DNA of 64,000 bases from Vicugna vicugna (Eukaryota). How positions within the stretch are numbered: position 1 is the stretch's first letter; every line of letters starts with the position of its first letter. Below the pieces are notes generated by a model. That model worked only from the letters and a program-made list of their open reading frames with translations, was not told where the DNA came from and made no database searches. The stretch spans positions 550,678-614,677 of the forward strand of contig MU058531.1 in the NCBI GenBank assembly GCA_013265495.1, read 5' to 3'. Shown in pieces: positions 26,565 to 38,669 of the stretch. The position numbers and the translations under genes were made by a program.

Positions 26565-27429
26565 AATATGATATATTGCAAATTTTTTTAGATGGTAGAA
26601 TATATAATCTACCAACTGTCAAGGAGTACAACGTCATTACAGACAAAAGGAATCAACAATTTCAAAGATTTTTTTTAAAAGTTAGCACTTATCCCTCATA
26701 AAATCTTCACTTTGGGGACTACCTCAATTGAAGCTATGCACTGAATTTATTGATATAGAATTAAGTTTCTTTCTGTAAAACAAAAATCTTTGTACATAAT
26801 AATAAAAAAAGATAAGGCAAGATGCATTAAACAGAAACCTTTCAGTTCTTTCCCTCTGGGTTCTTACAGAGCCACCGATGACTATCTGCAACAAAAGAGT
26901 CAGGCTTCTGATTTTCCATATCAAGCATCTTGTGCCTTTGCTGTGGTAAGAATTCTGTCCAAGCACCCTGAAGGACAGATGCAGCTGGTGGTCTCTGGCC
27001 CTTATGTTGGCAAACTGAGCTTCTTTCCCTTGAGAACTTTTGTAATGTACAAGCAGAAGTCACAGTATAGCATGGTCTGGACAATGCTGGCCATCACAGC
27101 AATGAGGTCAAAGAAGCCATCAAAGTAGAAGCGCCAGATCCAGTTGACTAGACACCAAGCGCAGTAGAGGCCCAGGAAGACTAGGTAGTGGGTGGTGATG
27201 GTCTCTGCCTCCCTAGTCTTGCTGATCATGAAGAGCTGTGGTAGGACAGCCACCCATTCAAGGCAGATGGAGAGGCCTCCCACAGGGACCCCCAGAAACT
27301 CCACTCAGAAGGGATCATGATTTCTAACACAGTTTGCCTTAAATTTTATGTAGATCAGGTACACGACAGCAGAGGGGCAGGTAATGTAGATGAGCTTCAT
27401 AGGTGTATTATATAGTGAAATCAATGAAT
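26565..27429 (-). pseudogene. KDELR2: Processed pseudogene of ER lumen protein-retaining receptor 2 (KDEL receptor 2), 5'-truncated, with 3' UTR
   Basis: Minus-strand translation [87 protein letters not shown]...[14 protein letters not shown] matches KDELR2 (VPVGGLS and ETITTHY are paralogue-diagnostic). No introns; premature TGA at 27305-27307; stop at 27002-27004; AATAAA at 26746-26751. Confidence 0.95.
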
Positions 27430-27965
27430 GAAAACACTCAAATGGCGGAGTGTTATACTAAATGGGTGCTGTCACAGAACAGTACTGTGTTGAAGGTGCT
27501 GGTGAGTGAGCTGTTGAGTGGAATACCCAGGAGGCTTGGGCAGAGTAAAGAAGTAAGTGAAGCCAGATGGGGCCAGGAGAAATGAGTAAAAAGAAAGGGT
27601 AAAAATATTTGGAAGTCACTGTAATGGAAAAGAACAGAGAATCATGAGAAAGGGATACAAGAGGATGGACTGGATGGGAAATTGTGATCAAAAAGTCAGT
27701 GAATTGATTTAGAGTAGTTTTGGAGGGGGTGATGACAATGCATGTGGTATGACTGAAGTGAAGGAGAAACAAAACTCCCTGTGATTGAGGGTGTGGATGA
27801 ATGGAGAGGTGCTGGTGTTCGATAATCCACCTGGCAGCTCAATTACCCAGGATGGTGATATAAAAAAGGAACAGTCTCAGCCAGACGCCAAGAACCTCAA
27901 GAAATGTGAATTTGCAGTCGATGAGAGAAGCGAGGTTCTGGTGTCACATGATCTTGGAAGATGGG

Positions 27966-28406
27966 TGTGGTAGGCTGAATAATGACCCCTGAAAGATGGC
28001 ATGTCCTCAACCTTGAAGCCTGTGAATATGGTCAAAGGAGCTTTGCTGATGGATGTGATTACGTTAAAGATCTTGATGGGAAGAGATCCTGGATTATCCT
28101 GATCAGCAAGAGTAATCACAAGAGTTCTTCATAGAGGGAGGCAGAGGGTCAGAATCAGAGACAAAGAGATGATACGAGCAGGCGTCAAGATGATGTGGGT
28201 CCATGAGTTAAGGAACGTGGGTAACCTCTGGAAGCTGGAAAAGGCAAGGAAACAGATTCTTCCCTAAAGCCTCTAGAGGGAATCTGCCCAGCCAACTCCT
28301 TGATTCTAGGGTCTCTGCCCTCCAGAACTGTGAGATAATAAATTTGTGTCATTTTAAGCCACTGAGTTTATGGTAATTGGTTACAGGAGGCATAAAAATG
28401 AACACA
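27966..28406 (+). mobile_element. MaLR solo LTR, MLT1D-like
   Basis: TG...CA ends ('tgtggtaggctgaataatgacccc' to 'aaatgaacaca'); 5-bp TSD atggg/gtggg with 1 mismatch. Confidence 0.85.
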
Positions 28407-29339
28407 GTGGGTTTTGTTCAGACTCACATGGGCGTGATAAAAGCCGAAGCAGAGACTGTTGCTATACCTCCATCAGGAAGACACACACCAAGATGCTGGA
28501 AGGAGTATCTCACGGATGAGGAAGTCTTTGAGAGCGTAACTAGCATTGCCCTCTGGCCAGATAGGAGGGAATGGGACTTCCCTGAGTGGAGGAAGTGTGG
28601 TCATCTCTTGCTAACAAATCAGCCCTGACTTCCACCTTGGTGCTTAAACAATACCTCTCCTGGTAGCTTCTTAAAGACAGATCCTCATTCCAATTACCAT
28701 GGCCCTTCGTGTCTGGCTTTTCTCTTAGGATCTCTGCTCCCCCAGCCTTACTCTTTTCTCTCTAACATGGTGAAATAAGGGAAATATTTATCTCTCTCTA
28801 AATGAAATATTTTCTCAGAGTTATCCGAATGACTTTGGGTTTTTAGAAACCAAAGCCTGGAAGATTTTTTTTTTTTCCTTTCTGCTTCCTGACTGGTTTT
28901 ATCTATCACCAGATGCGCTGATTACAAAACCCACAATCTGCTTGAATGGGAGGGAGGCATAGAAAAAGGTAGGAGGCTTGGAAATAAAAGGCTCAGGAAA
29001 TCAGAAGTTGGTTCTGGGCAGAAAGATGTCAGAAGCTCAAGACATCATCTAGATAGCCACACAACGGTCTGGGTAGTAGGCATAGTGTATCACAGTCAGA
29101 AGGCAGCCTGCTGTTTACTTCACCTTGAGTCACTTGTTTAGTACTTTCCGCCCAGGGCAAGAACTGCATTCAAAGATTAGGGCAAATGGGCAAATATGAC
29201 TATAGTGGGAGAGAAAAGGAACGTGAAACGTAAGAGTTCTTGGCAGGGCAGTATTTCTCTATATTCCAGCTGGCTGAGGATTAGAGTCAGGCAATATTAA
29301 GGCTTAAAACAGCTTTAGAATCAAGAAGTACTAGTAATG

Positions 29340-29600
29340 ACTGAGCATGGTGTGGTGTGTTAAGTGGTAAGGCTGTGTGCTAAGTGCTTGATATCCATAT
29401 AATCCTAAAAATCAATCCATGAAGTGGACATTATTATACCCATCTGGCAGATGAAGAATCTGAAACTCAGAAAATTTAAGTGAACTGCCTAAAGGCATTC
29501 AGCTCACAGGTATTCAGTAAATGAGATGGAAATAAAACTCCCATATAAAAGATTACAAAACCCCAAATACACGCTGCCTTGATTTCTACCATATTGCTCC
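29340..29600 (-). mobile_element. MIR SINE
   Basis: 'attattatacccatctggcagatgaagaatctgaaactcagaaaatttaagtgaactgcctaaag'. Confidence 0.7.
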
Positions 29601-30216
29601 CCTAATAGTCCCAACGTGAATTTTCTGTTACTACCTAGAACCCACAACTGCAGAAACATTCTAGCGCAGTCTTACTGCTATGCTCATGTGAGAAGTCACG
29701 TGGTTTTCATTTAACATTCGATACATTTCCAGATGATACACATACTTCCTCTTAGAACTATGGGTAAATCTTTCAGTACCTAGCAAAATGTGTTTGAAAT
29801 CTCCCTGGATTCTGCTTATTTCTGGCCAGCAAGGCACAGCCCAAATCACACTGGTTTCTAATTTAATGGAACATTAAGCATCCATTTCTGGTACCTAAAT
29901 TATACATTCTTTGTTATTTATAGAGCTTACATGCAAAGTGTTTAACTAAAAAATGGAAATAAAAATAGGAAATGGATGCGTGCCTGCCATCAAAGCTCAT
30001 AAGTGCTCCCGTAACATTATTAAGTCCAGTGGGTAATGAGTGTTAAACAATTTACATTTTAGAAAATTTAAAATAAAGACTTAATCACTTCCTTCTGCTA
30101 ATGAGCCTCCAGGATTTCTTTTGTGTTGCAAACATGTGCTTCTGGAAATAGTCAGGCCAGCTATGCTCCATATGTCATTCAGGTATCTCTTGTTCTTGAT
30201 GGTGGCACAGTAGGAC

Positions 30217-30293
30217 CTCTTTCCTTCTCTCTTCCTCCATCCTTCCTTCCCTCCTTCTCTCCTTCCTTCCTTCCCTGCCTCCCTCCCTCCCTC
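30217..30293. repeat. (CCTT)n/(CCCT)n polypyrimidine simple repeat
   Basis: Direct reading. Confidence 0.9.
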
Positions 30294-33159
30294 GCATCCA
30301 CTAAATCAATGCTGTGATGCAAAAACCAGAAATGGACTCTAACAGTGCACATGCTTGGCAGGGCAGAACTTTGGGAGCCTGTTAAATGCAGTTTCAAAAT
30401 TCCACTAACAAAAATAAATATACATAATCAGAATAGTACATCTTGCTAGGGACATTCAAAATGGATTTTTCTTGTTGTTGTTGTTGATTTATAAGCACAT
30501 AGAAAACAAAATTTCTGCTGATAGATTCAGAAATTCAATCAGGTACTTGGTAAGGGCTCCAGTCCCTAGGACATGGATCGCCACATAGACAAAACAGTCT
30601 GACACCTGATTTCACTAACTGTCTTTTAAAAAGCAGTTGAGAGTCATGGAGTGTCTCTCTACCCTTCCATACCTCCTGTTAGGTCCGTAAGGTCCAATCC
30701 CCTCTTTCCATGCAACTGCAGCCCTATATCCCATGCACACATGTTTTCTATCAGTTTCCCATAGGATGTCACTCACATTCCTTCCATTCCCAAAGTACCC
30801 CCTGACTGTTCCTAAAGTTTGAGGGCATCAGGTGACTTACATCACAGAACACCAATGACTGGAAGGAATATTAACCACCTGCAGTCCCTTCACTCTTCCT
30901 CCCACCAAAGACTCCCATCTGGGCTGCTACTCCAAGGACAGCCTTGGCCCAGCGCCATGTTGCTCTGCTTCTCTGCCCTCTACCTACTGTCATCTCCCCG
31001 TATCATCTCCTCACACAGTCAGACTTTCCGAGGAAGATTTTCCTATTTTAATGCAGAGCAATTTAATTCTCTCTGCCTCACTCTCTGCCCACCCTGACCA
31101 GGCCACAGGGGCTTTCGTTCTAGAACTAAAGGTGCTTTGGCCAAACAAAACAGTTCTCACACGCGAGAATTCTATGGTCAGAATTAACCATACATTAGAT
31201 TAGTCCTTTTCTTTCTTCTAGTCTCACAGTTAAGCTTTTAACTCATAAAGTCACTGTAAATCAGGCAGAACTTACACATGATTCCCACTGGACAAAAGAT
31301 TTGAGTCACAGAGTTTCAGTGGCTTGAAGCTAGAAAATTAAAGATCCAGAACTAGAATGCAGATCTTCCAATGCCATGTCTTCTGCTGTGTCTTACACAT
31401 GGTGTGGGCTCTACTGATGGTCACGGTTTTAGCCAGTGGATGTGAGGAGTGACCAGTGGGAGCTGTTAATTTTATGTGTCTCATGTACTCACATCTCACT
31501 GGGTGGAAATTAACCACAATGCCACACGGAACAGCAAGGAGATCTGTGACATGTAGTCTTACAGCAGGACAGCGACAGATTCAGTTAAAACTGAGAAATT
31601 TATTAACAAAGAGTAAAGGGAGAATATTGGGGAGAAACAGGAAGTCTCTGGCACCAAGAACTATCTTCTTTTCCTTATAGCTCAGAAGCAAAGATTTCCA
31701 GAAGCATTTTAACAGATCGCTGAGTTATACTGGTTTTGAATTTAAGAGAGCAGTTTAGAATCTAAAAGTTGGCTTTACATCCCAGCTCTGCTATAAGGAT
31801 AAGCTTTGTAAACTTATGCATGATACTCCACCTCTCTGAGATCCAATTATAATATTTACAATGGGGTTCTAAGCTCATGAGGTTGTTGGGAGTATTAAAT
31901 GTAATTGTGTATTGCAACAAATGGTGATAATAATGATCATTTAAAATAATTTCAAAATGGGATCATCCTAGTGACCAATATAGCAGTTGATCGGATCTTT
32001 GGTTTGAACATCAATGCTCCTGAATAGATTTTGTGACCAGACAGTGCAGAGGGGGACTTGGACTCACTGGCTCCTCTGTAGGCTGTGTGTATGAGTATCA
32101 GCACTTGGCCTTTGATGCCATAGAACACACAGGTCCTTTCTCCCGTAGCAACCATCAGTTTTCTCATTTGCCAGTTTCTATCAAGGAAAAGTCTAGGATA
32201 TTTTAGTTGTCCTTCAAGTAGGGACTCAATTGCAAAATATGAACTTTCAGAACATATGGTATGGAGTACAACTAACGCTAAAGTTCCAAAAAGAAAATGA
32301 AAATCCTAAAGGACTAAAAATACTTTCTTTAAAAAACCTTTTTCAGTACAGCTGCTGCTTTGTTAAACCAGCTGCTAACTAACCCCCAAGGGTACTTCTC
32401 ACATGGGGCTGTATTTGTTTTTTTTTTTTATGCTTTAATTCTTATAGCTCAAACTGCATTGTTTGTAATGGTTTTGCATTTCCACCACTGAAAGACAAAG
32501 AAAGAGGGGAGACTGGAAAGAAATCAAAGGCTGGAGGAAGATTATGAAGAGTTGCATATATCCGATCCAAAGAGCAGTATAGCCAAGAAAAGAGAATGTG
32601 AAAAATAAGTATGTTTCTGATAGAATAGCTGCAGTTCTAGCAAATTAGTGTGCGCTCAACCTGAAGAAGATTAGATAATTTCTATACCATATTGGCCAAA
32701 ATACAGGAAAGTAGTTCAATGCAGTATTTAAGACAGTGATCGTGAGAGCACAGTGGATGTGGAAATCTCGGTTCCCTGTCTTGTTAATGGTGGGATCTTA
32801 GACTTGGAAAAGATACTAAATGTCTTTGAACCTTGATATTATTTCTAAAACAGAAATAATAATACACATGATATGTGAATGAGATGATTGTCAACGTTAA
32901 TCAAGACAATGTGTAGAAAGCATTTAGGACATAGCTTGGCACTTACAGAGCCACAGTGAATTTAACGAACAAAATTACAATTTGCTTGTTCAGAAAGGTT
33001 CATCGTTGTCAAGAAAAAAAACCCAACATATAAGAAATAGATAAAAATAGAAAAGAAAATGTTCTGCTTCATCATGGGCTCTGCAAGAGAAAAAGTCTTA
33101 TAGCCATAGGCTGTCTTCAAATGGGTCAGCCTTTCTTTTTTGATGCTCAAGACAGATTA

Positions 33160-33521
33160 TCTAATATTATTCAGCCTTCAAAAAGAAGGAAATTCTGTCA
33201 TATGCTAAGACATAGATAAACCTTGAGGATATCATGTTAAATAAGCAGTCACAAAAAGACAAATACTGCATGATACCACCTACATGAGGTATCTAAAGAA
33301 TCAAACTCACGGAAGTAGAAAGTAGAATGTGGTTTCCAGGGGCTGGAGGAAGGGGAAATGGACAGCTGTTGTTCAATGAGTATACAGTTTCAGTCATGCA
33401 AGATGAATAAGTTCTAGAGATCTGTGGTATAACAACAGGCATATGCATGTAATTAACAATACTGCAATGCACGCTTAAAATTTGTTAAGAGGGTACATTT
33501 CTGCTATGTGTCCTTTACCGC
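33160..33521 (+). mobile_element. L1MA-like 3' UTR fragment
   Basis: 'gatgaataagttctagagatctg...ttaacaatactg...cttaaaatttgttaagagggtacattt'. Confidence 0.75.
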
Positions 33522-33858
33522 ATTCACCTGCTACAACATGGATAAACCTTGAAGATGTTATGCTATGTTAAATAAGCTATTCACAAAGGAACACTTTTTG
33601 TGTTGGGGCCACTTACATGAGGTACCTAGAGTAGTTAAATTCAAAGAGACAGACAGTAGAATGGTAATTGACAGAGAGCGGGAGGAGGAAGAATGGGGAG
33701 TTACTGTTTAAGGAGTATGGAGTTTCAGTTTGGGAAGGTGAAAAAGTTCTGGAGGTAAATGGTGGTGATGGTTGCCCAATAACACGAATGCACTTAATGC
33801 CACTGAACTGTGCACTTAAAAATGGTTAAATGGTGAATTTCATTTTACCACAATTAAA
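33522..33858 (+). mobile_element. L1MB-like 3' UTR fragment directly after the previous one
   Basis: 'gaaaaagttctggaggtaaatggtggtgatggttgc...cacttaatgccactgaactgtgcacttaaaaatggttaaa'. Confidence 0.78.
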
Positions 33859-35599
33859 GCAAACAAATTGCCTTACTGTAATGGAGTTTACCAGTACGTC
33901 TTTACAAGTGAATTGGTCTGATGGTAGCACGACCAACTGAGCACCTAAACAGCTGTTGTATTCAAGGGCTCATGAAAGCATGGGGCCCCACTTACCTATG
34001 TAATGTGTGACACTCTGTGTACCATAAAAAATTAATAATAGATTTTTCTTAGATAAAAATCTTCTAAGGTACCTAGAGCACCTTCTAAGGAGGGCTCCTT
34101 GCCTGATTTATCCTAAGAACAAGAATCAAGGATATTTTTCATTCTAGAAAAATACCTAATGTGAATTCTTAAACTCAGGATTTGGTGACCATTTTTCAAA
34201 CCATCCTCTTAGTCCATAACCAATTTGTAATATATATTTAGAGATGGCATGTTTTAAAGGATATATTTATCTATAATTCTTCCCCAGTAAAGAACTGGTA
34301 TCAATCCTTCAATAGGGAGGCAAAAGAGATGGTTCTTATCCAGACTCCATTCTCCTTTCTTCAAACTCAGTGTCACCTTATTCTGTCCCATGAATTCTTC
34401 ATAGGGGTGTCACATATTGCTTCAGGGCCATTATTTATGAATTCTTGAAATTATGTAGGTACTTCATTAAAGTAGAGTCATTTTGTTCTGAGCCTTTATG
34501 AACTAATTTCTATAGAAGAATTTGCTTTCTCCAAAATAGTATTTTGATGGCTGTAAAAATTCTTTACACTCCTTCTTTCTGTGCTGTGATTACTAACTTC
34601 TTGACTCTGTAATTGGGAGGTGAATTTTAAGCTGATTTCAGTGTACAGTGTCACTTTTTGCTCAGATCAAAACCTGGAAACAAGTACCTAGCATGGAGTA
34701 CTTCCTATGTAAAACTTTCATGTGTACCTGGCCCCCTAGCAAACTGAAGCAATAATTCAGAGCATTATAGTTTGACTCTCTATGTACAATATCATTTTGA
34801 TTTTATAAGGTGGTGATCTTTTGAAATGGAAGATCATCAAAGGTAAAGAGACTTTTTAAATGTTTGCTTATGAGAAAATTTAAAATAAATAGCTTAATAA
34901 GCTGCAAAGCACTCAGAAATGATAAGCATAAAGGATACATTTTTTAAATCATAAATGAGCACACAAGAAAGTAAGAGAAATTCGCAGGGGCCACAAAGTA
35001 AGAGAAAGAAAATCATCAAATTGATACCGATGCTAAGGCTGCCTTATGAATGGCTGGCATTTGCAGTACCCATAACAAGGGTCTGGGATTTCAGCAGCCA
35101 CACAAAGCTATGAGATAAGGTCTTGGGCTTGTTTAAAGAAAACTGTTACTGAGACTCTTGAATAAAGCTGAGACTCTAATGGAAAACCCTTAGTGAAAAG
35201 AATTAGGAAAAAATCAGTGCACTGCAAAGGGAGATAAAATAAAACTCTTCTATTTCAGCATGGTCTTTGATAGAAAAAATAATTTCTGTAACCATAAGTT
35301 TGTCCTCATAAAGAATTGAGTTACCATTAATTTGCTCTCTGTGGTCAAGAATTCTTTAACCTAATTAATTTAAGGTGTCCAGAGATAATAGCAACCCAAG
35401 GAACTTGGCAAAGGAAATGCAAATCATGTTTCAGGCTCATACCCTCAACACAGGCTACCCAAATTCCTGAAAAAAGTTTGATTGAGTATAAGGATATAAT
35501 TACAAATAACAGTATAACATAAACCACCGTGAGAAACAACAAACAGCACAGTGACACTTTCAAGTGTAACAGACAGACTGTGTTCTGCTTAAGATATAA

Positions 35600-37045
35600 A
35601 AAATAAAAATAAAATATTATTTTTACCAATACTAGCATAGTGGTAACAATCAGATAAATATTCCCAGATAATAACTATATATTGGACAAAATATATAAAC
35701 CAACCACTTGAAGGCACTGAAGAATGACAAGAAGTAGGAATAAACTGGGAGTTAACACTTGAAAGATGGGAACAGAACTCTCTGAGATACTTTGAGTTTC
35801 TCAGTTTTCATGCCTCTTTGTCAATGGACTGGTCTTATTTGAATCCAGGAAGGGTAGATAAAACATGGCTAAAAACTTGAAGGCTTGTTGGCGTGGAGAG
35901 CCAGAAAATGGATTTTGGGGGTGACCAAATCAGCTTCAGAGTTAGGAGAGAAATCCAAGAAAAAAGAAAGCAACAGCGGAGGAGCCTCCAAATCAACAAA
36001 TAAACCCTGTAAATATCTAGTTAACTCCTGAACTACTCATGCATGCAGCACAAGCCAAGCAACAAAACTGAGAATGAAAAAGGAAAAAAAAACTAGAGCA
36101 AGATTTTAGCTGCTGCTTACCACACAAGACAGATTTTAAAGTTTATATTCAGTCAAGTACAATGACTGCTAAAACAAAACAAACCAAAACATCAGTACTT
36201 ACAGGAATAAACAGAACCTAGAATCTCTATAATCTACTCATCAAAATATCAAGGAATAAAAAAAATAGACATATAAAGAGGAAACAGGACCCATATTTTG
36301 GGAAAAAAAAGGTAATCAGCTGAGACTAAGTAGAAGTTGATTCAGGTGTTGGAATTAGCAGACAAGGATTTTAAAGTAGGGGTTACAACTATGCACAAGG
36401 AAATAAATAAAATATGCTCATAATGACTGAACAAATAGGACATTTCAGCACAGAAATAAAGAACCAAAAAATAATGTTTAAATGGGAAAAAACAATGTTA
36501 TGAATTTAAAAAATACCAGATGACCTTATGAGCAAAGAAGAATCAGTGAATTTAAGATATATTTAAAAATTCAATATGAAGTACATAGAGAAAAATTATT
36601 AAAAAACAAATGATCAGCATCTTAAAGATCTGTGATATAATATCAAAATGTCTAAAATATACATAACTAGACACCCAGAAGGAGAGAAGAGATAGAGTTA
36701 GCCAGAAAAAAATTTAAGGAAATAATGGCTGAAAATTTCTTAAATTTGGAGAAAGAAAAAATTTATAGGTTCTAGAAGATAAGCAAACTGCAAGCAGTAT
36801 AAACACAAAGAAAATCACACACAAGCACATCATAGTCAAATTGTAGGAAACTAAAAATTAAAAGAAAAATCTTGAGAGCAGCCAGAGACAAATAACATCT
36901 CACAGAGAAGAAACAAGAGAGATGACTCCTGGCTTTTCATGAGAATCAATGCAGAAGACTGTAGAGTAATATTTTAAATTCCATAAGAAAAAAGGTCTAT
37001 AATACTCGTAATTCTATATCCAGGAAGCTATCCATTAAAAATACA
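35600..37045 (+). mobile_element. Old L1 5' UTR and ORF1 region
   Basis: ORF1-like motifs 'tgttggaattagcagacaaggattttaaag', 'gaaataatggctgaaaatttcttaaatttgg', 'aagcacatcatagtcaaattg', 'aaatcttgagagcagccagag'. Confidence 0.7.
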
Positions 37046-37048
37046 ACT

Positions 37049-38667
37049 GGAGGCTTTTCCCCAAGATTACAGAATAGCAGGATGTGGAGTTCACCTCCCC
37101 ACCATAAACACATCAAAAATACATCTATGTGTGGTGCACCCTCCCTTACTTCAGACTATATTGCTAAGCTATAGTAATCAAAACAGTATAGTACTGGCAC
37201 AAAAACACACACATAGATCAATAGGACAGAATAGAAAGCTCAGAAATAAATCCACACACATATGGTCAACTAATCTGTAGCAAAGGAGGCAAAAATAATC
37301 AATGGAGAAAAGACAGTCTCGTCAATAAAAGTGATGCTGGGAAAACTTGACAGCTGCATGTAAAAGAATGGAATTAGAACATTTCCTCAAACCATATACA
37401 AAAATAAACTCAAAATAGATTAAAGACCTAAATGTAAGACATGAAACCTTAAAACTAGAAGAAGAGAACACAGGGGAAGTAGTCTTTGACAGAAATTGTA
37501 GCAATATTTTTTTGGGTCTGTCTCCTAAGGCAAAGGAAACAGAGGCAAATATAAACAAATGGGATTTAATTAAATTTGAAAGCTTTTGCACAGCAAAGTA
37601 AACCACCAACAAGACAGAAAGACATCCTAGTGAATGGGAGAAAATATTTGTAAATGATATGACTGATAAATGGTTAATATCCAAAATATATAAAAGCTCA
37701 TACAACTCAATGTGAAATTAACAACTTGATTAAGATGTGTGCAGAAGACTTGAATAGACATTTTTCTAAATAAGACATATAGTCTGCCAACAGGCACATG
37801 AAAAGTTGTCTAACATCACTAATTATCAGAACAATGTAACTCAAAAGCAGAATGCAATTATTACCTTACACTTGACAGAATGCCTATCATCAAAAAGACC
37901 ACAAACAAGAAATGCTGGCAAGGATGTGGAGAAAAGGGAACCCTTGTACTCTGTTGGTGGGAATGTAATTTTGTGCAGCCACTGTGGAAAACAGTACGTA
38001 GATTCCTCAAAAAACTAAAAATAAAATTACCATATAATCCAGCAATTCCAGTCCTGGATATATATCCAAAGAAAATGAAAACATTAATTTGAAAAGATAT
38101 ATGCACCCCAATGTTAACAGCAGCACTAACTATAATAACCAAAATATGGACTCAACCCAAGTGTCCCTCAAGAGATAAATGGATAAAGATGATGTGGTAT
38201 ATACAGACAGTGGAATACTACTCAGCCATAAAAAGAGTGAAATTTTGCCATTTGCAACAACATGGACAGACCTGCACAGTATTATGCTTAGTGAAATGTC
38301 AGACAGAGAAAGTAAAATACTGTATGTTATCACTTCTATATGAAATCTGAAAAATGAAAAAAACAAATGAATATAATAAAACAGAAATAAACTCAGATAT
38401 AGAGAATAAAACAGTGGTTGCACCTAGGTAGAGGGAAGGGGGAGGGGAAAGAAAAAGGTAAGGGATTAAGAGGTATAAACTACTATGTATAAAATAAATA
38501 AGCTATAAGGATATATTATAGAGCACAAGGAATATAGCCAATATTTTATAACTTTAAATGGAATACAATCTATAAAAATATTCAATCTCTATGTTGTACA
38601 TCTGAAACTAATACAATACTATAAATCATCTATACCAAATATAAATAAATAAATGAATGAAAAAAAT
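37049..38667 (+). mobile_element. Cetartiodactyl-type L1: ~85 bp 5' end fused to late ORF2, 3' UTR and A-rich tail
   Basis: ORF2 C-terminal Cys-rich motif [19 protein letters not shown] (ORF 37880-38092), with frameshifts and stops; L1 5'-end-like sequence at 37049-37134. Confidence 0.9.
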
Positions 38668-38669
38668 TT

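Larger units (their letters stand above)
24930..27955 (-). mobile_element. Fragmented L2 LINE that hosts the KDELR2 retrocopy and a short L1
   Basis: Purine-rich antisense L2-like tracts, e.g. 'gatgagctcaagtttggatgtgctgagtttcaagtgttcatggaacatctaac'. Confidence 0.5.

Noticed and set aside
27002..27304. 100-aa ORF as a functional KDEL receptor gene
   Set aside because: GTG start right after an in-frame TGA, N-terminus absent, internal deletion, substitutions at conserved residues and no introns: a pseudogene
26540..27440. 'aacactca' on both sides of the KDELR2 retrocopy as a TSD
   Set aside because: Only 8 bp, and the left copy is not adjacent to the inferred 3' end
37322..38423. Hydrophobic minus-strand ORFs that look like membrane proteins
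   Set aside because: Antisense translations of A-rich L1 ORF2
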